Shown here piece by piece: positions 36,267 through 47,700 of a stretch of DNA of 64,000 nt (the stretch's first letter is position 1; the number at the start of each line of letters is the position of its first letter). This DNA is from Hyphochytrium catenoides (lineage: Eukaryota; Protista; Hyphochytriomycota). The notes beneath the pieces were generated by a model. The model was not told where the DNA came from. It searched no databases and saw only the letters and a program-made list of their open reading frames with translations. The position numbers were made by a program, and so were the translations under genes. Location: contig FLMG01003777.1 of NCBI GenBank assembly GCA_900088475.1, positions 1-64,000 on the forward strand, in the 5' to 3' direction.

Positions 36267-38006
36267 CTACTTATTGGCGGGACCACACCTGGACTGCAGC
36301 CAAGCCTCTGGCGCCCAAGTCGATAATGGCTTTAGAATGGTCCTGGACAGGGCCAGTCGAGGAATCCATCCGGTCTCCCCGTTCTTCTTTGTGCAGAACC
36401 AGAAGCTTTCCCCTGCCATTGCGGTCACTGCTAACTCCTCCTTTGCCTCAAAGGCCAGCAATGTAACTTTGTAGGGTTTCTTCAAGAGGAAGGCATGGCC
36501 ATTCTTTGAGTCTACTCCATCGCTGGGCTCGCCCTGGGGCTCCTCTAGGAGCTCCATTGGTACAGGAACTTCCTCAACCTTGTGGAAGTTATGGGCCGGC
36601 AGGTGAGATAGCTTCTCCTTGGAGAGTCTCACCATCGCCCATGTCAAAGAAGCAGCAGCTCGTGTTCTTTGCAGCTCAGCACACAGTCTTTCCCCTTCGT
36701 CCTCCGTATTGTTCTCATCCTCATAGTGCCTCACCGTAACCACTTCATTCTGTTCCAGCACCACAGTGCCCTGTTCGCCTTTATCCCTTGCCACCATGGT
36801 CAAGGGAAACTGGGCATCCTCCAAGAACCCTTCAAAGGCTGTTTCTTCGTAGAGTGGCTTATGTAGAGCTGACGGATGGAAGTCCCAGTAGCAGTTCTTC
36901 GCCACAAACCGCTTGTTGAGCTCTGGGTGGGTAGAGTAAAACACTTTCTCCTCTTCCTTACTATTCCCTATCACAAGGATCTCTCCGATGTCCGAGCTCT
37001 CTTTGGGCAAGTAAACACAGTGCGACACGCCATCTCCTGCCGGGAAGACCGCAATATCTCCTGCTTGCAGTTGGAAAGATTGGCCATCTATCCAGGCATA
37101 GACAGAGCCCGAGATGACGAAGACTATCTCATCTTCCAGTAAGTGTGCGTGAGGATAGGAGGTTCGGCTCCCAGGCAGTACCACCTCTTGATGGACGCCA
37201 AGCGACTTCAATCCTAAGATATGGCCTATGGGGCTAGACGGAAGCAGTAGCTCCAAATGTCCAGGGTAACTGCCCACACCCCAATCATCATCTCGAAGGT
37301 TCTCCCTCAAATTCCTAATAAATTCTGGTCTCTTCTTCTCTTGCTCAGGTGATCCGCTCTCATCACGGCGTTGTGTCAGGGAGAGGTTCTGCACATGAGT
37401 CGTCACAGCGCTAAGTTCCGCAGCCTGTCCCCGTCTGAGGTCTGGAATAGCATCGTGAGGTCCTAGAGAATGCTTTGGGGCATCAGACCACTGCTCCCTC
37501 TGGGGGACTGCGTCCTGCTTAGCCTGATTCAGGACATAGATTATCTTGTTGCTATCGAGCTTTCTGTCCCCAATTGATAGGAGGGCCACTTCATCATCTG
37601 TGTTGTTGAGGAAACAGTGGGCAATGCCAGTGCCAGCTGCGAAAGCTACGCAGTCGTACGGTCGCAAGTCATAGATGAAGCCGTTGACCCAAACCTGTGG
37701 ATTACCCTTGAGCACCAAGACAAACTCATCCTCTTCGCTCTCGGCATGGGGCAGTGAAGAACGCTGGCCTGGAGCCAATATCTGGTGATTGAAGCCTACA
37801 TGCTTTAGGCCGAAGATTTGCCCTACCCGACAGACATCGTCAGAGACATAGTGTGAATCTTCCTTTCCCTTTTTTTCATTAAGAACAGTATCGTCTTTGA
37901 CTGGTTCCAGTCCTGAAGACTGTTGCTGTGAGCCCTTATCCTTGGTTGCTGCGACCTTCTTACGAAGAGCTTCGATGCTTGTGATAAAGTCCGGGCGCCC
38001 TGTCAT
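36267..38006 (-). CDS. Intronless tandem cupin (bacterial COG3837-like) x2 with SH3-like C-terminal region
   Basis: Unit 1: RPDFI..GQIFGLKHVGFNHQILAPGQRSSLPHAESEEDEFVLVLKG..FAAGTGIAHCFLN. Unit 2: RPEFI..GHILGLKSLGVHQEVVLPGSRTSYPHAHLLEDEIVFVISG..FPAGDGVSHCVY. C-terminus FEAKEELAV..ESFWFCTKKNGETGWIPRLAL is SH3-like. Confidence 0.88.
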   Translation of the reverse strand: MTGRPDFITSIEALRKKVAATKDKGSQQQSSGLEPVKDDTVLNEKKGKEDSHYVSDDVCRVGQIFGLKHVGFNHQILAPGQRSSLPHAESEEDEFVLVLKGNPQVWVNGFIYDLRPYDCVAFAAGTGIAHCFLNNTDDEVALLSIGDRKLDSNKIIYVLNQAKQDAVPQREQWSDAPKHSLGPHDAIPDLRRGQAAELSAVTTHVQNLSLTQRRDESGSPEQEKKRPEFIRNLRENLRDDDWGVGSYPGHLELLLPSSPIGHILGLKSLGVHQEVVLPGSRTSYPHAHLLEDEIVFVISGSVYAWIDGQSFQLQAGDIAVFPAGDGVSHCVYLPKESSDIGEILVIGNSKEEEKVFYSTHPELNKRFVAKNCYWDFHPSALHKPLYEETAFEGFLEDAQFPLTMVARDKGEQGTVVLEQNEVVTVRHYEDENNTEDEGERLCAELQRTRAAASLTWAMVRLSKEKLSHLPAHNFHKVEEVPVPMELLEEPQGEPSDGVDSKNGHAFLLKKPYKVTLLAFEAKEELAVTAMAGESFWFCTKKNGETGWIPRLALSRTILKPLSTWAPEAWLQSRCGPANK

Positions 38007-38444
38007 CCTTGAGATTGAAAGAATTTACTTCTGACCGCACCGAGAGATATCAATCTGAAGACTCAACAGAATAGACGGTCATCAAGGAGAAGATTGGTAG
38101 GATGGTCGGGCACTTGGGGGTGGCGCGCTCAGCGCCAATGCAAAAAATTCTCAAAACAGAACCTGCTCTAGTCCTCCCTGCTTTGGCTCTATTCATAAGC
38201 GAGAATAAACTCCAGAAGATGGAGGTCTGCAGGGAGCTAAGTAAGCAGAGATCCACCTTCCTTCCACTGCGGAGGATCATGAACTTGATGTGGAGAGCCA
38301 GTTGAAGGCATTTTCTTTATGAACCATGCTCAAGCAGAGTGAAGGTCCACAGCACAGTCCTCCTCCAGGTGCTGAGAGAGACAGAAGAGCAAGAAAGGTG
38401 AGAAAGAGAGGCTTCCTGATTAAAATAATGTATGAGATGAGGGA

Positions 38445-38487
38445 ACGAGAGTGAGAGAGAGAGAGAGAGCGAGAGAGAGAGAGAGCG

Positions 38488-38529
<42 letters not shown>

Positions 38530-38685
38530 GGAGAGAGGGAAAGGCGGAGAGGGAGAGAAAGAGAGAGAAAGAGAGAGAGAGGCAGAGAGAGAGAGACAGA
38601 CAGAACAGAGAGAGTGAGAGTGAGAGGAGAGAGAGAGAGAGAGAGGGGAGAGAGTCTAAAGACAGACTAGAGCGGAGTGAGAGAG
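38445..38685 (+). repeat. Long (GA)n microsatellite block in a divergent promoter region
   Basis: About 240 bp of nearly pure G/A on the + strand, with a perfect (GA)n run at ~38491-38528. Confidence 0.95.
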
Positions 38686-38735
38686 TAGTCACAGCAAGAC
38701 ACATAACAAGACTTGCCCAAAACACTTGCATCAGT

Positions 38736-38838
38736 CCAATAGGATAGCCCCGTTTGAAAGGCAGCGGCATCTATTGGCTACTGGCTTTCTTAGGCTGATG
38801 TTGATTGGTCTTAGGTATAGAGAATCTCACATGATTGG
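38736..38838. promoter_or_regulatory. Cluster of four CCAAT boxes (NF-Y consensus), three phased at 30-31 bp
   Basis: gtCCAATag at 38736 (+). ATTGG at 38773, 38804 and 38834 read agCCAATag, gaCCAATca and agCCAATca on the - strand. Confidence 0.6.
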
Positions 38839-39136
38839 CTGCTTTCCCTGTCCACCACAAAGAACTTTTTGATGTCTCACACCTTGACCTTTTATCATCC
38901 ACTCAGATCTCTATTCACCATGGCCTGTAACAGCTCCTGTCTGTGGGATGACCGATAACCCAGCCAAACCACGCCACGGATGGAGGTTGCCTCAATAACG
39001 AATTTTCTTCCCTATTGTCAAGAGGAGCTCGGACCTTTGAGGCACACATCAATCAAAAGTAGGGGCTCTCAATCTCAAGGGAGATAAGCAGCTGCGACTA
39101 AGCGCAATAAGACAGAAGAGCCGCTACAAACGTGAA

Positions 39137-40585
39137 ATGCTCTCAACAGCTGCACAAAAGGCCTCCAAGGCCATGAAAGAAACTCGAGCAGGTCAAGTGC
39201 CAGACCAAGACTCCACGGCCTGCTCCTCCTCTCCTTCAGAGCCGATGAGTATAGAAGAGAGTCAGCCGACACAAATGGGTAAAATGAAGGAGGGCACGGG
39301 ATTGTCAGACCAAGCTCAGTCACAAAAGGACGGCAGCAACGAAGACGCAGCACACCGTTCATCGAAGAAGATTTCGCAGACTATCAACCGTCAGGATTCC
39401 GCCTTTCTACGCAAAAATTATCTGAAGCTCGCGCAGGCTCAACAGCAAGTGCAGCGCAAGTGCCAGAAGTCTCTAGCGAAGATAGGGGCCAAGGTTCACA
39501 GAACAGAGAGGAAGCTTTCTATGTTAGAGTCCAAGCACCAAAAAAAGCTTTTCAAGGCACAGCAACGCGGCTTGTCGGAAGAACAAGGTCCCTCTCCCTT
39601 TCAACAGATCAACCATCTCAAGGCGCAGAAGCTGAAAATGGTGGACATTCCGTGCTTGCAAAACAAGCTCACGCTTTTATATCAGACAGAAAGTGATATT
39701 GCCGAGTACTCGCAGGCAGCAAAAGAGGCCATGGAGAGATCACTGCAAGAGTTTCCTCCGCATGTGCAATACTTGGACACATCGGCATCGTCCACCTCTT
39801 CTTCCTCCCAGTCCTCTTCATCTTCGTCATCCTCCAGTTCTTCTGACTCTGATTCAGATTCTGACTTGAATAGGGCTGAAAACTATACTACAAAGCGCAA
39901 CCAGAAAGAGAGACGAAGGACGGAAGAGCACCAATATCATCCTCACAGCCCGTTCGGTCGGTCTTTCCCAGGTCCACCGCAACCGCCTGCGTCGTGGCAC
40001 TCTACCCAGGTGCATTGTTATCCCGCAGGAGCGCCACCTGTCTGTCCTCCTGTGCCTCCTCCCCCTCCTCCCCCACCTGCTGCAGCAGCTTTTTTTGGTC
40101 ACCCTAGCCGTCATCATTTCTACCATCACCATGGCCACGACTATCACCATCATGGGCCTCACAGGCATGGACGATGTCGAAAGGGACGACGCGGCCATGA
40201 CGGGTGGAGCTCAAACAGTCACACACATAACAACAACGGAGAAAAGAAGTTCAAGGAAAATGCTTCAGATAACAAGAGGAAGGGGGAAGAGTATGGGGAA
40301 GAAGTAGAGATTGTTGAGGCAGTCCCCACTCCTGGCGTAGCGGATGATCAAGGATATGAGTTTGTGTCTGTCGAGGCGGCGGCCGCGCCAAGAAGCAGTA
40401 TCCCTCAGAGTCACCCAGTAAGACCCCGTGGTATTGACGATGTGGACAGCCAAAGGTCTGGACTTGACTGGCCTTTCAACAGTAGCCGCTTCCATCGTAA
40501 ACTAGAGCGAAAAATGGCGAAGGCTCAACACAAGATAGAAAAGCGTATGCGTAAGTTTGAGAGAAAAATGCAACGGAAAATGTGA
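39137..40585 (+). CDS. Hypothetical low-complexity protein: basic coiled coil, poly-Ser, poly-Pro, His-rich tract, basic C-terminal helix
   Basis: Uninterrupted 482-codon ORF downstream of the CCAAT cluster. No recognisable domain; the start is uncertain. Confidence 0.7.
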   Translation: MLSTAAQKASKAMKETRAGQVPDQDSTACSSSPSEPMSIEESQPTQMGKMKEGTGLSDQAQSQKDGSNEDAAHRSSKKISQTINRQDSAFLRKNYLKLAQAQQQVQRKCQKSLAKIGAKVHRTERKLSMLESKHQKKLFKAQQRGLSEEQGPSPFQQINHLKAQKLKMVDIPCLQNKLTLLYQTESDIAEYSQAAKEAMERSLQEFPPHVQYLDTSASSTSSSSQSSSSSSSSSSSDSDSDSDLNRAENYTTKRNQKERRRTEEHQYHPHSPFGRSFPGPPQPPASWHSTQVHCYPAGAPPVCPPVPPPPPPPPAAAAFFGHPSRHHFYHHHGHDYHHHGPHRHGRCRKGRRGHDGWSSNSHTHNNNGEKKFKENASDNKRKGEEYGEEVEIVEAVPTPGVADDQGYEFVSVEAAAAPRSSIPQSHPVRPRGIDDVDSQRSGLDWPFNSSRFHRKLERKMAKAQHKIEKRMRKFERKMQRKM

Positions 40586-40642
40586 GCTGTGAGTGCCATT
40601 GCGTGGATCCTGATGAAGCAAGGGATGAGGTCTTTGTCGAAA

Positions 40643-40690
40643 GAGGAAGAATTTTGCATGAGATATGAGGAAGAATTTTGCATGAGATAT
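40643..40690. repeat. Perfect 24-bp tandem duplication (3' UTR region)
   Basis: GAGGAAGAATTTTGCATGAGATAT x2. Confidence 0.95.
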
Positions 40691-41790
40691 GTTTAAGTCA
40701 AGCCCGAAGAGGATGGAGGTCTGTAAAGCTTTATAATGAACCACTTCTCCTAAGGAATAAAAGTTATCACTCTTCTGTCCTCTAATCGGTAGGCTAGAGG
40801 TGTGCTCTCGCAGTGGAATAAGGAAATTACCCTCCACCAACTTCATGTGTCTCTTCGTATAACGATTGCATTTATCGATAGTCCAGCACCAAGCGCAACT
40901 CTTGCGCACCCAGCTTCCAGGCTGGCAGGTTGTGCCTGCTGCCTGACTACTTTTCTTGTTCGATAGGCAAGGCATCTTCACCTTCGAGCTGCCTGAGGAC
41001 CATAAACTGCAAGCACGATGATGAGCCATCATCTCTCTGGCCGCTATACACAGAACTACCATAGTTCTACAGCGCTATAGGAGAGGGCATCAAGCCATAC
41101 CTTTCTCTGAGTATGGGTAACGGTGCGAACGTTGCTCTTGTGAATTCACAAGCGAACAAAGCCAAAAACGAACTGTGGACAAGGCGCTTTGAATTTTTTG
41201 CTACCTGGACCGGTAATATAAAACCTGAATGATGACTTATGATTACAATATTTTACATTATTGCTGTCAAATCTGTTAATTGCCGTGTAAGTTTGTAACA
41301 CCTTTCTTGTTCTGCCAGGGTGTGCGGTCTCGAAGGTTGGCTGTTGTTACCTTTCACCTAGCAGCGGTTTCTTGGGGCCGCCACGCCGCCTTGGCAGGTA
41401 GATTGATGATCATCATCATCATCAGGAAGACGGAGCTCCTGTTGTTAGGTTAAGACTGCTTATTCCTGCTCATAGACGCATAGCGGAGGCGCTAGCTCAG
41501 CATTAGAGCAGAGACTCTAATCACCGGATTTTCTGTTGCCCATTGGTTCCCCTACCCTGGATGCATTGGGGCGGAACAAGACGTCTTTAGAGGCGGTGTC
41601 GGGGTTTGAGACGGATTATCTGGCTGCGTTACAGTCGGCAAAAGAGCCGGAACTAGAGCTGCATAATGCGAGAGTTATAGCATGTAAGGCGAGATGATAC
41701 AAAGTTCTCTTAGGGAGGAGAAGATAGCGCAGGGCGGAGTGGGCTCCTAACCGTGCTAGCGTGCTGCACCTAATGCAGTGGGCCGGCACC

Positions 41791-44700
41791 ATGAAGCCCG
41801 CTCTAGGCGGTCTCGGTGGCAAGACGAAATTGCCACTGCAGAAAGGTAAGACGAATTTTACGGAGCATTATATAGCTGCTAAGTGGTACCGCGTGAGGCA
41901 TGCTCATCACTGTGTCTTGGCAGAGGCGGCTCTTCGGAAGGCATACATCAATGATCATGAGAGAACACGGCAATATGCTCAAACTGAGCTTGGCCTCAAG
42001 ATGGGATACTGCTCCAACAGTATCGTCACATCCAAGTACACAGTTTACAACTTTGTGCCCAAGAATCTGTTGGAGCAGTTCAGAAGAGTCTCGAACATCT
42101 ACTTCCTTATTATCTCTGCCATTCAGCTCTTCACCAGGCTCTCCCCCACTAGCAGATACACCACTCTCATCCCTCTGTTGATCGTCGTCGGAGTAACGAT
42201 GGTCAAGGAAGCCATAGAAGATAGAGCCAGACATGAAGCTGACAAGCGCGTTAACTTTTCCAGCTGCCACCGAATTAACCAAGCAAAACCCGAGTATGAA
42301 GAAGTCAGTCTCCAAGATCTTCGCGTAGGAGATGTTATCGTGCTTCATGACGGCGACCATGTTCCGGCAGACGTCGTTATCTTGGCCTCTAGTGACCCTC
42401 AGGGCCTCTGCTCCGTAGAGACTGCAAACTTGGACGGGGAGTCTAACTTGAAGATAAAGACTTCAGCCACAGTCTCAGTCTTCATGGACACGAAGCCAGA
42501 GGACTTGTGTAAGATCCGGGGCTGCGTGCACTACGGACAGCCGAACGGAGATTTCTATCGCTTTGACGCGACGGTTGTCATCGATATGCTGACGGGGGAG
42601 AAGGCAGAGTTTCCATTAGCTATTCAAAACTTTATCTCCCGAGGCTGCAAGCTGATGAACACGGACTGGGTCATTGCAGTGGCAGTCTACACTGGGGCAG
42701 ACACAAAGCAGACGCTTAACTCTCGCGATGTGCCTTCGAAAAAAAGTCGGATGGACAGGATCCTTGACCAATGCAACCTTCTCATCTTCTTTGCCCTATT
42801 ATTACTTTGCTGTCTCACCACAGTTCTCTCATCTAAGTTCTTCCAAGGAGGTCTCCAGGTAATGGGGTTGACAAAGGACGTCAAGAAGTCATGGTGGTAC
42901 CTCGATCTAAAGTCCGAAGATTTTGACGCGGTCTCGATGTTCGTGACTTTCTTGGTTCTATATAACTATCTGGTAAGTTCACTTCTAAGACCAGGAAAGA
43001 GGGAGAAAAAGTCCCTAGTGGAAGGACCAACGTTGAAGCTAGAGTGATTTAAATCTATTTGACGAGGACGCATTGCATACAAGCTAGCGACTCATCAGGC
43101 TATGTTTTAGGTTCCCATATCTCTCTACTTGACGGTCGAGGTGGTCAAGTTTCTGCAAGTGCGAGCCATTGAGAAGGACACGCTAATGGTAAGGATACTG
43201 GGCCTTATGAATGCTGCTTCAAACGAAAGGTGGAATGTGGGATAAGCTGGTGCCTTCTTCTACCGGCAATCCGAGCTGTTTTCTGCAGTTCTGTCAGTAG
43301 TGTCAACCGCTTAATCATCTCTCTCATTTTCACCTTTTTTCTCTCTCAATCTCGGGAAGATTGATCCTGAAACAAAGCAAGGAGCCATTGCTCGCACGTC
43401 CAACTTGAATGAAGATCTGGGGCAGATTAAGTATATCCTGAGTGATAAGACGGGAACTCTTACCCAGAATAAGATGGCCTTCAAGGGCTGCTCTGTTGGA
43501 GGCATTATTTATGGTTCTCAGGTATGGATGTGGGGGCTTCAAAAGGAGACAATAGTAAGGACAAGATTGAGATGGAAGCAAGATAATGAGGACAAGATCG
43601 CGATAGAGAGAAGAAGAGGCAAAAGGGAAAGTTCGATAGAGGGAAGAAGAGGCAAAAGGGAAAGTAACACCATGCTATGCCCGACTGGTGATAGATAGCC
43701 TTGCGAGTGACAAGCTGATTTCTAACTAAATCTGTTAGCTCACTAGATACAAAGCTAACATCATAGTAACGGTTACTAATCTTGCCGACCGTCAAACACC
43801 TATGTACGCCTAGGATGCACCCGCAGGAGAAATTTCTCAGAGCAAGGCTTCAAGTTCCTGTGATGACGTGACGTCGCCCCGTCGAGCTCCAACTCCGGGC
43901 AAAGAAGGCGCAACTGAAGAACAAGTTAAAGCCCCACGCAGTGGACTGAGGTCTGAAAACAACAAAAGTCAAGGGCGGGATAACTACGATTTGCCATCTC
44001 CTGCTGGGTTGTCGGGAAGATCAGCCAAACATGCAGTTGTGCCTATTGTGCTTCCGGTGAAACAGAACCCATCTCCGGGAGAGGGGACTGAAGAGAAAAG
44101 ACTTTCGGCAGACTCAGGTCAGGGAGAGCGCGCTGAGACAAGCCGTACAAAGAAGAGGAGGTCTTCTACGTATCCCCTCTCTGCCGGATTCTCGGATCCC
44201 ATGCTGATTCAACATCTCACCTCGGACCATTCAAATCAGTATCTGCTCCAGGAGTTTCTTCGTTGTGCCGTGATTTGTCACACCGTTTCCCCAGAAGCAA
44301 CAGACGGGGATGAGGTCATTTATCGTGCAACTTCTCCCGATGAGCAAGCACTGGTGATGGCAGCCAGAAATCTAGGATACAAGCTGATCTCTACAAAGGG
44401 AGGACGAATTACTGTGAGTGTGTTTGGCGAACTGGAGACCTGGGAAGTGTTAGGGGTGAACGAATTCGACAGCGCGAGAAAGTGTATGAGCGTGGTGGTG
44501 AGAGATAGTAAAGGGAAGGTGGTTGTGTACTGCAAGGGTGCGGACGCAGTCATGTTAGAAAGAAGCAGAGATAAGTCCGTTGGGAGCCCTTCTCGTTGTT
44601 TTGGTGAGGGGTCTCGACAGAAAGAAAGTGGAAGAGTTCTGCTTGCCAAAAGCGCGCCAGTGGACCTTTCTCCTGGCTCAGTGAGTCGGTACGCCACCAC

Positions 44701-47700
44701 AGAAAGCACAGAGAATGTGGAAAAAAGTGAGGTTCTGGATTACACAGCTACTCCGGATTCTCCTGTTCCCCCTTTAGCTCTAAAAGGAAGAGGAGCTATG
44801 GGAAGTAAGCAGAGTCAGAACCAGGTGCTTGTCGGGCATTTAAAGAAGTTCGCCTCCCAAGGGCTGAGAACTCTCGTTTTCGGCCGGAAGGAGATGTCTG
44901 AAGAGGAATTCAGGTGCTGGTATTCTGAGTTTCAGATGGCTAACAAATCAATAATGCGGAGAGACGAGGAGAAGTTAGCAATTGCCAGGAAGTTGGAGAG
45001 TAACCTTGAGATCCTAGGGGCCAGCGCTATAGAAGACAAGCTACAGGACGGTGTGCCCGGTACAGTCAGTCGCCTCTTGAAGGCAGGGATCAAGATTTGG
45101 ATGCTCACAGGTGAGGAGAAGTATGGAAGGAGGAACAGAGTATGAGGGAGGCTTCTGAACATTAGGGATTGTAACGCTGTGGGAGTAACTGGTCGTGTCG
45201 AACTATGTTACATTGAAAGAGATCCTTGGGAACTATGTTATTGTGAAAGAGTGACCAAAAGCAGAACGTAGTCCCAACACGTGATAGGCCTGTCACAAGG
45301 AACAGTTCTTCAACTGAACTAATCAATTTTGCAGGAGACAAGGAGGAGACAGCAGTCAACATCGGCCACAGCGCCTCTCTGCTGGATCAGTCTATGAAAA
45401 TGCTCCCCATAAACGGCCCTAAACCAAGTAACTGTATTGAGCAGCTCAAGTATGCCTTCAAGCACTGCAAGAGAAACAGAGACGGGGATAGCAAGAACAA
45501 TGCTTTGGCTCCTAAGCACGCGGTTGTCGTTACCGGAGAAGCTATCAAAATGATCTCGGAGAGTAGGGAGCAGATCAAATATGGAGTTCAGGAGCTCGAG
45601 CTCTTCATGGTAAGTATAGTGGAACATGCTGAGTGCGGCCACACGAGAAGTAGGGTAGGCCAATATTAGAGGCAGGAAGGAAATTGAAGGGGTATCTGGA
45701 CCGGGGAAGGAACAAGAAGACGACAAACTCTATATTGAGGACAGAGAGGGAAACTCCGAGAAGCAAACGAAGCTAGGCCTTCGTCCACCACACCTGACGA
45801 ATCCCTTTTCTCCCTATTTTCAGGTCCTGCGATACGTCCTTCTTAACTGCACATCGGTCATTGGGTGTCGGCTCACCCCGATGCAGAAGGCGTCTTTAGT
45901 CACTCTTCTCAAGGAGGAAGAACGAGGGACTACTCTAGCTGTCGGGGATGGCGCAAATGACGTGCATATGATCCAAGAGGCCCACGTCGGAGTTGGCGTT
46001 ATTGGAAACGAAGGTCGTCAAGCGGTGAACGCTGCGGATTTTGCAGTCCCAGACTTTAAATGTCTCAGCCAGCTTCTGCTCTACCATGGGCGCTGGAACT
46101 ACCGACGGGTGGCGATCGTGATCTTGTACAGCTTCTACAAGAACCTGTGTCTTGTCTCGTCCCTTTTCCTCTTTGTGCTAAGAAATGGGATGAGTGGCGC
46201 CGCCCTGTTCGAGAGCTACATGATGATGGGCTGGAACGTGCTTTATACCTTCTTTCCTGTCTTAGTTCTAGGAGTTACCGATAAGGTGAGCTTCTGCCTC
46301 GAGCCTTTCGGTTTCCCTAACCACGAGAATCCTTTCTTTATACGGCCAACGCACTTTGCACGTTAGCCCTGGATGACCCGCCTAATAGAGTTCTCGACAT
46401 CTTGTTTTCTGAATTCATTCATTCTGTAGGACCTTTCGGAAGAGGCAGTAATGGCCTACCCTGCGATCTATGAGAGGGGCCAGCTGGATCGCGAGTTTGG
46501 CTGGGAGAAGCTTTTGCAATGGGTGTCAAATGGTATGCTTCATGCCACAATCAACTACCTAGGACACACGATCATCTTTTATGGCAGATTCGGCATTACC
46601 AGTTCGGAGGTAAGTGAAGAAGTTAGAAGCTGCTAAGTACTCCTTAATGCCGGCCGTGGCCCTGGTACGTCTGGCCGCTGTCAGACTGGACTCTCTTCGT
46701 AACAAATTTGTCTCAGGACCCTAGCTCAGTAAAACCATTTCCTGTCTTTCTGATTCTTTTCACCTTTAGGGAGTAAGCGATGGCTTGGACATCATGGGCA
46801 GCTCCATCTACATCCTCCTTGTTGTCATCGTCAACCTTAAAATGGCCTTAACCATGCAGCCTCTCAAACATTGGACGGCGTATCACTACATTTCTATTGG
46901 AGGGTTAGTCTTTTCCATCTACTCTCTCCTCTTTTCTCCTTTACCTCTAGACTCTGCTCGGTATTTCAAACCTACCTACTGCCTCGCCATGTGTTATTTG
47001 CCGCCGCAAGTGCACCGTACCAGCACCTTTCATTCAGTTTAAGTGTGAACTTTTGGACTCTTTCGCCACGGATTCACAAATGTGCTACCTCTTTCATCAG
47101 TAGTGGTATTGCTAACCTTATCTAACTCGGAAGTTCCGCGAGGCAACACTAACACTTATCTGCCTGCTTTCCTTCCCTATGGTCTTTCCCCAACACTTTC
47201 TCGACACCCTCTCCCCTGCCTTCTATTTCTCATCTTCTACAGGTCTATCCTTCTTATATTTGCCTTCGTCGTTATCTATTCTGTACTATATCAAGCCTTG
47301 CCCGTCATGAACTTAGGGGCGGAGTACAATTCCGTAGGGACCACACTCTTGACCAGACCAAACTTCTGGCTTGTGCTGGTTCTTCTCCCGTCTTGCTGCA
47401 TACTGGCGGACATCGCCATCACATTCCTCCATCGAAGCATCTTTCCGTCCGCCTACGTTCTGCTCCGGAGCTTGGACCAGTTGGGTCCAGAGTACGCTCA
47501 GGCTTTCGCTGCCCAGAGGGGTAACCTCTCATGTGAGGAGTCCTTGGATGCCACTGTTGTAGACCCGAGCACGAATGGTAGGTAAACCGCGGATATAGCT
47601 TTTATAGCGATGTCCACTTTATACTGCTTGTCCCTATCTATGTTATAATCTACTACTGGCCATACAGCTGGATTGACATAGACCGCCCCAGCCAGGACCC

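Noticed and set aside
41225-41300. ATGATGA box-C-like motif in AT-rich intergenic DNA (possible snoRNA)
   Set aside because: No box D (CTGA) or terminal stem at a suitable distance.
3789-43359. AAG 3' splice acceptors (3789-3791, 3995-3997, 21762-21764, 43357-43359)
   Set aside because: Real in my models, but four among many dozens of introns is within ordinary eukaryotic variation; no evidence of non-canonical splicing.
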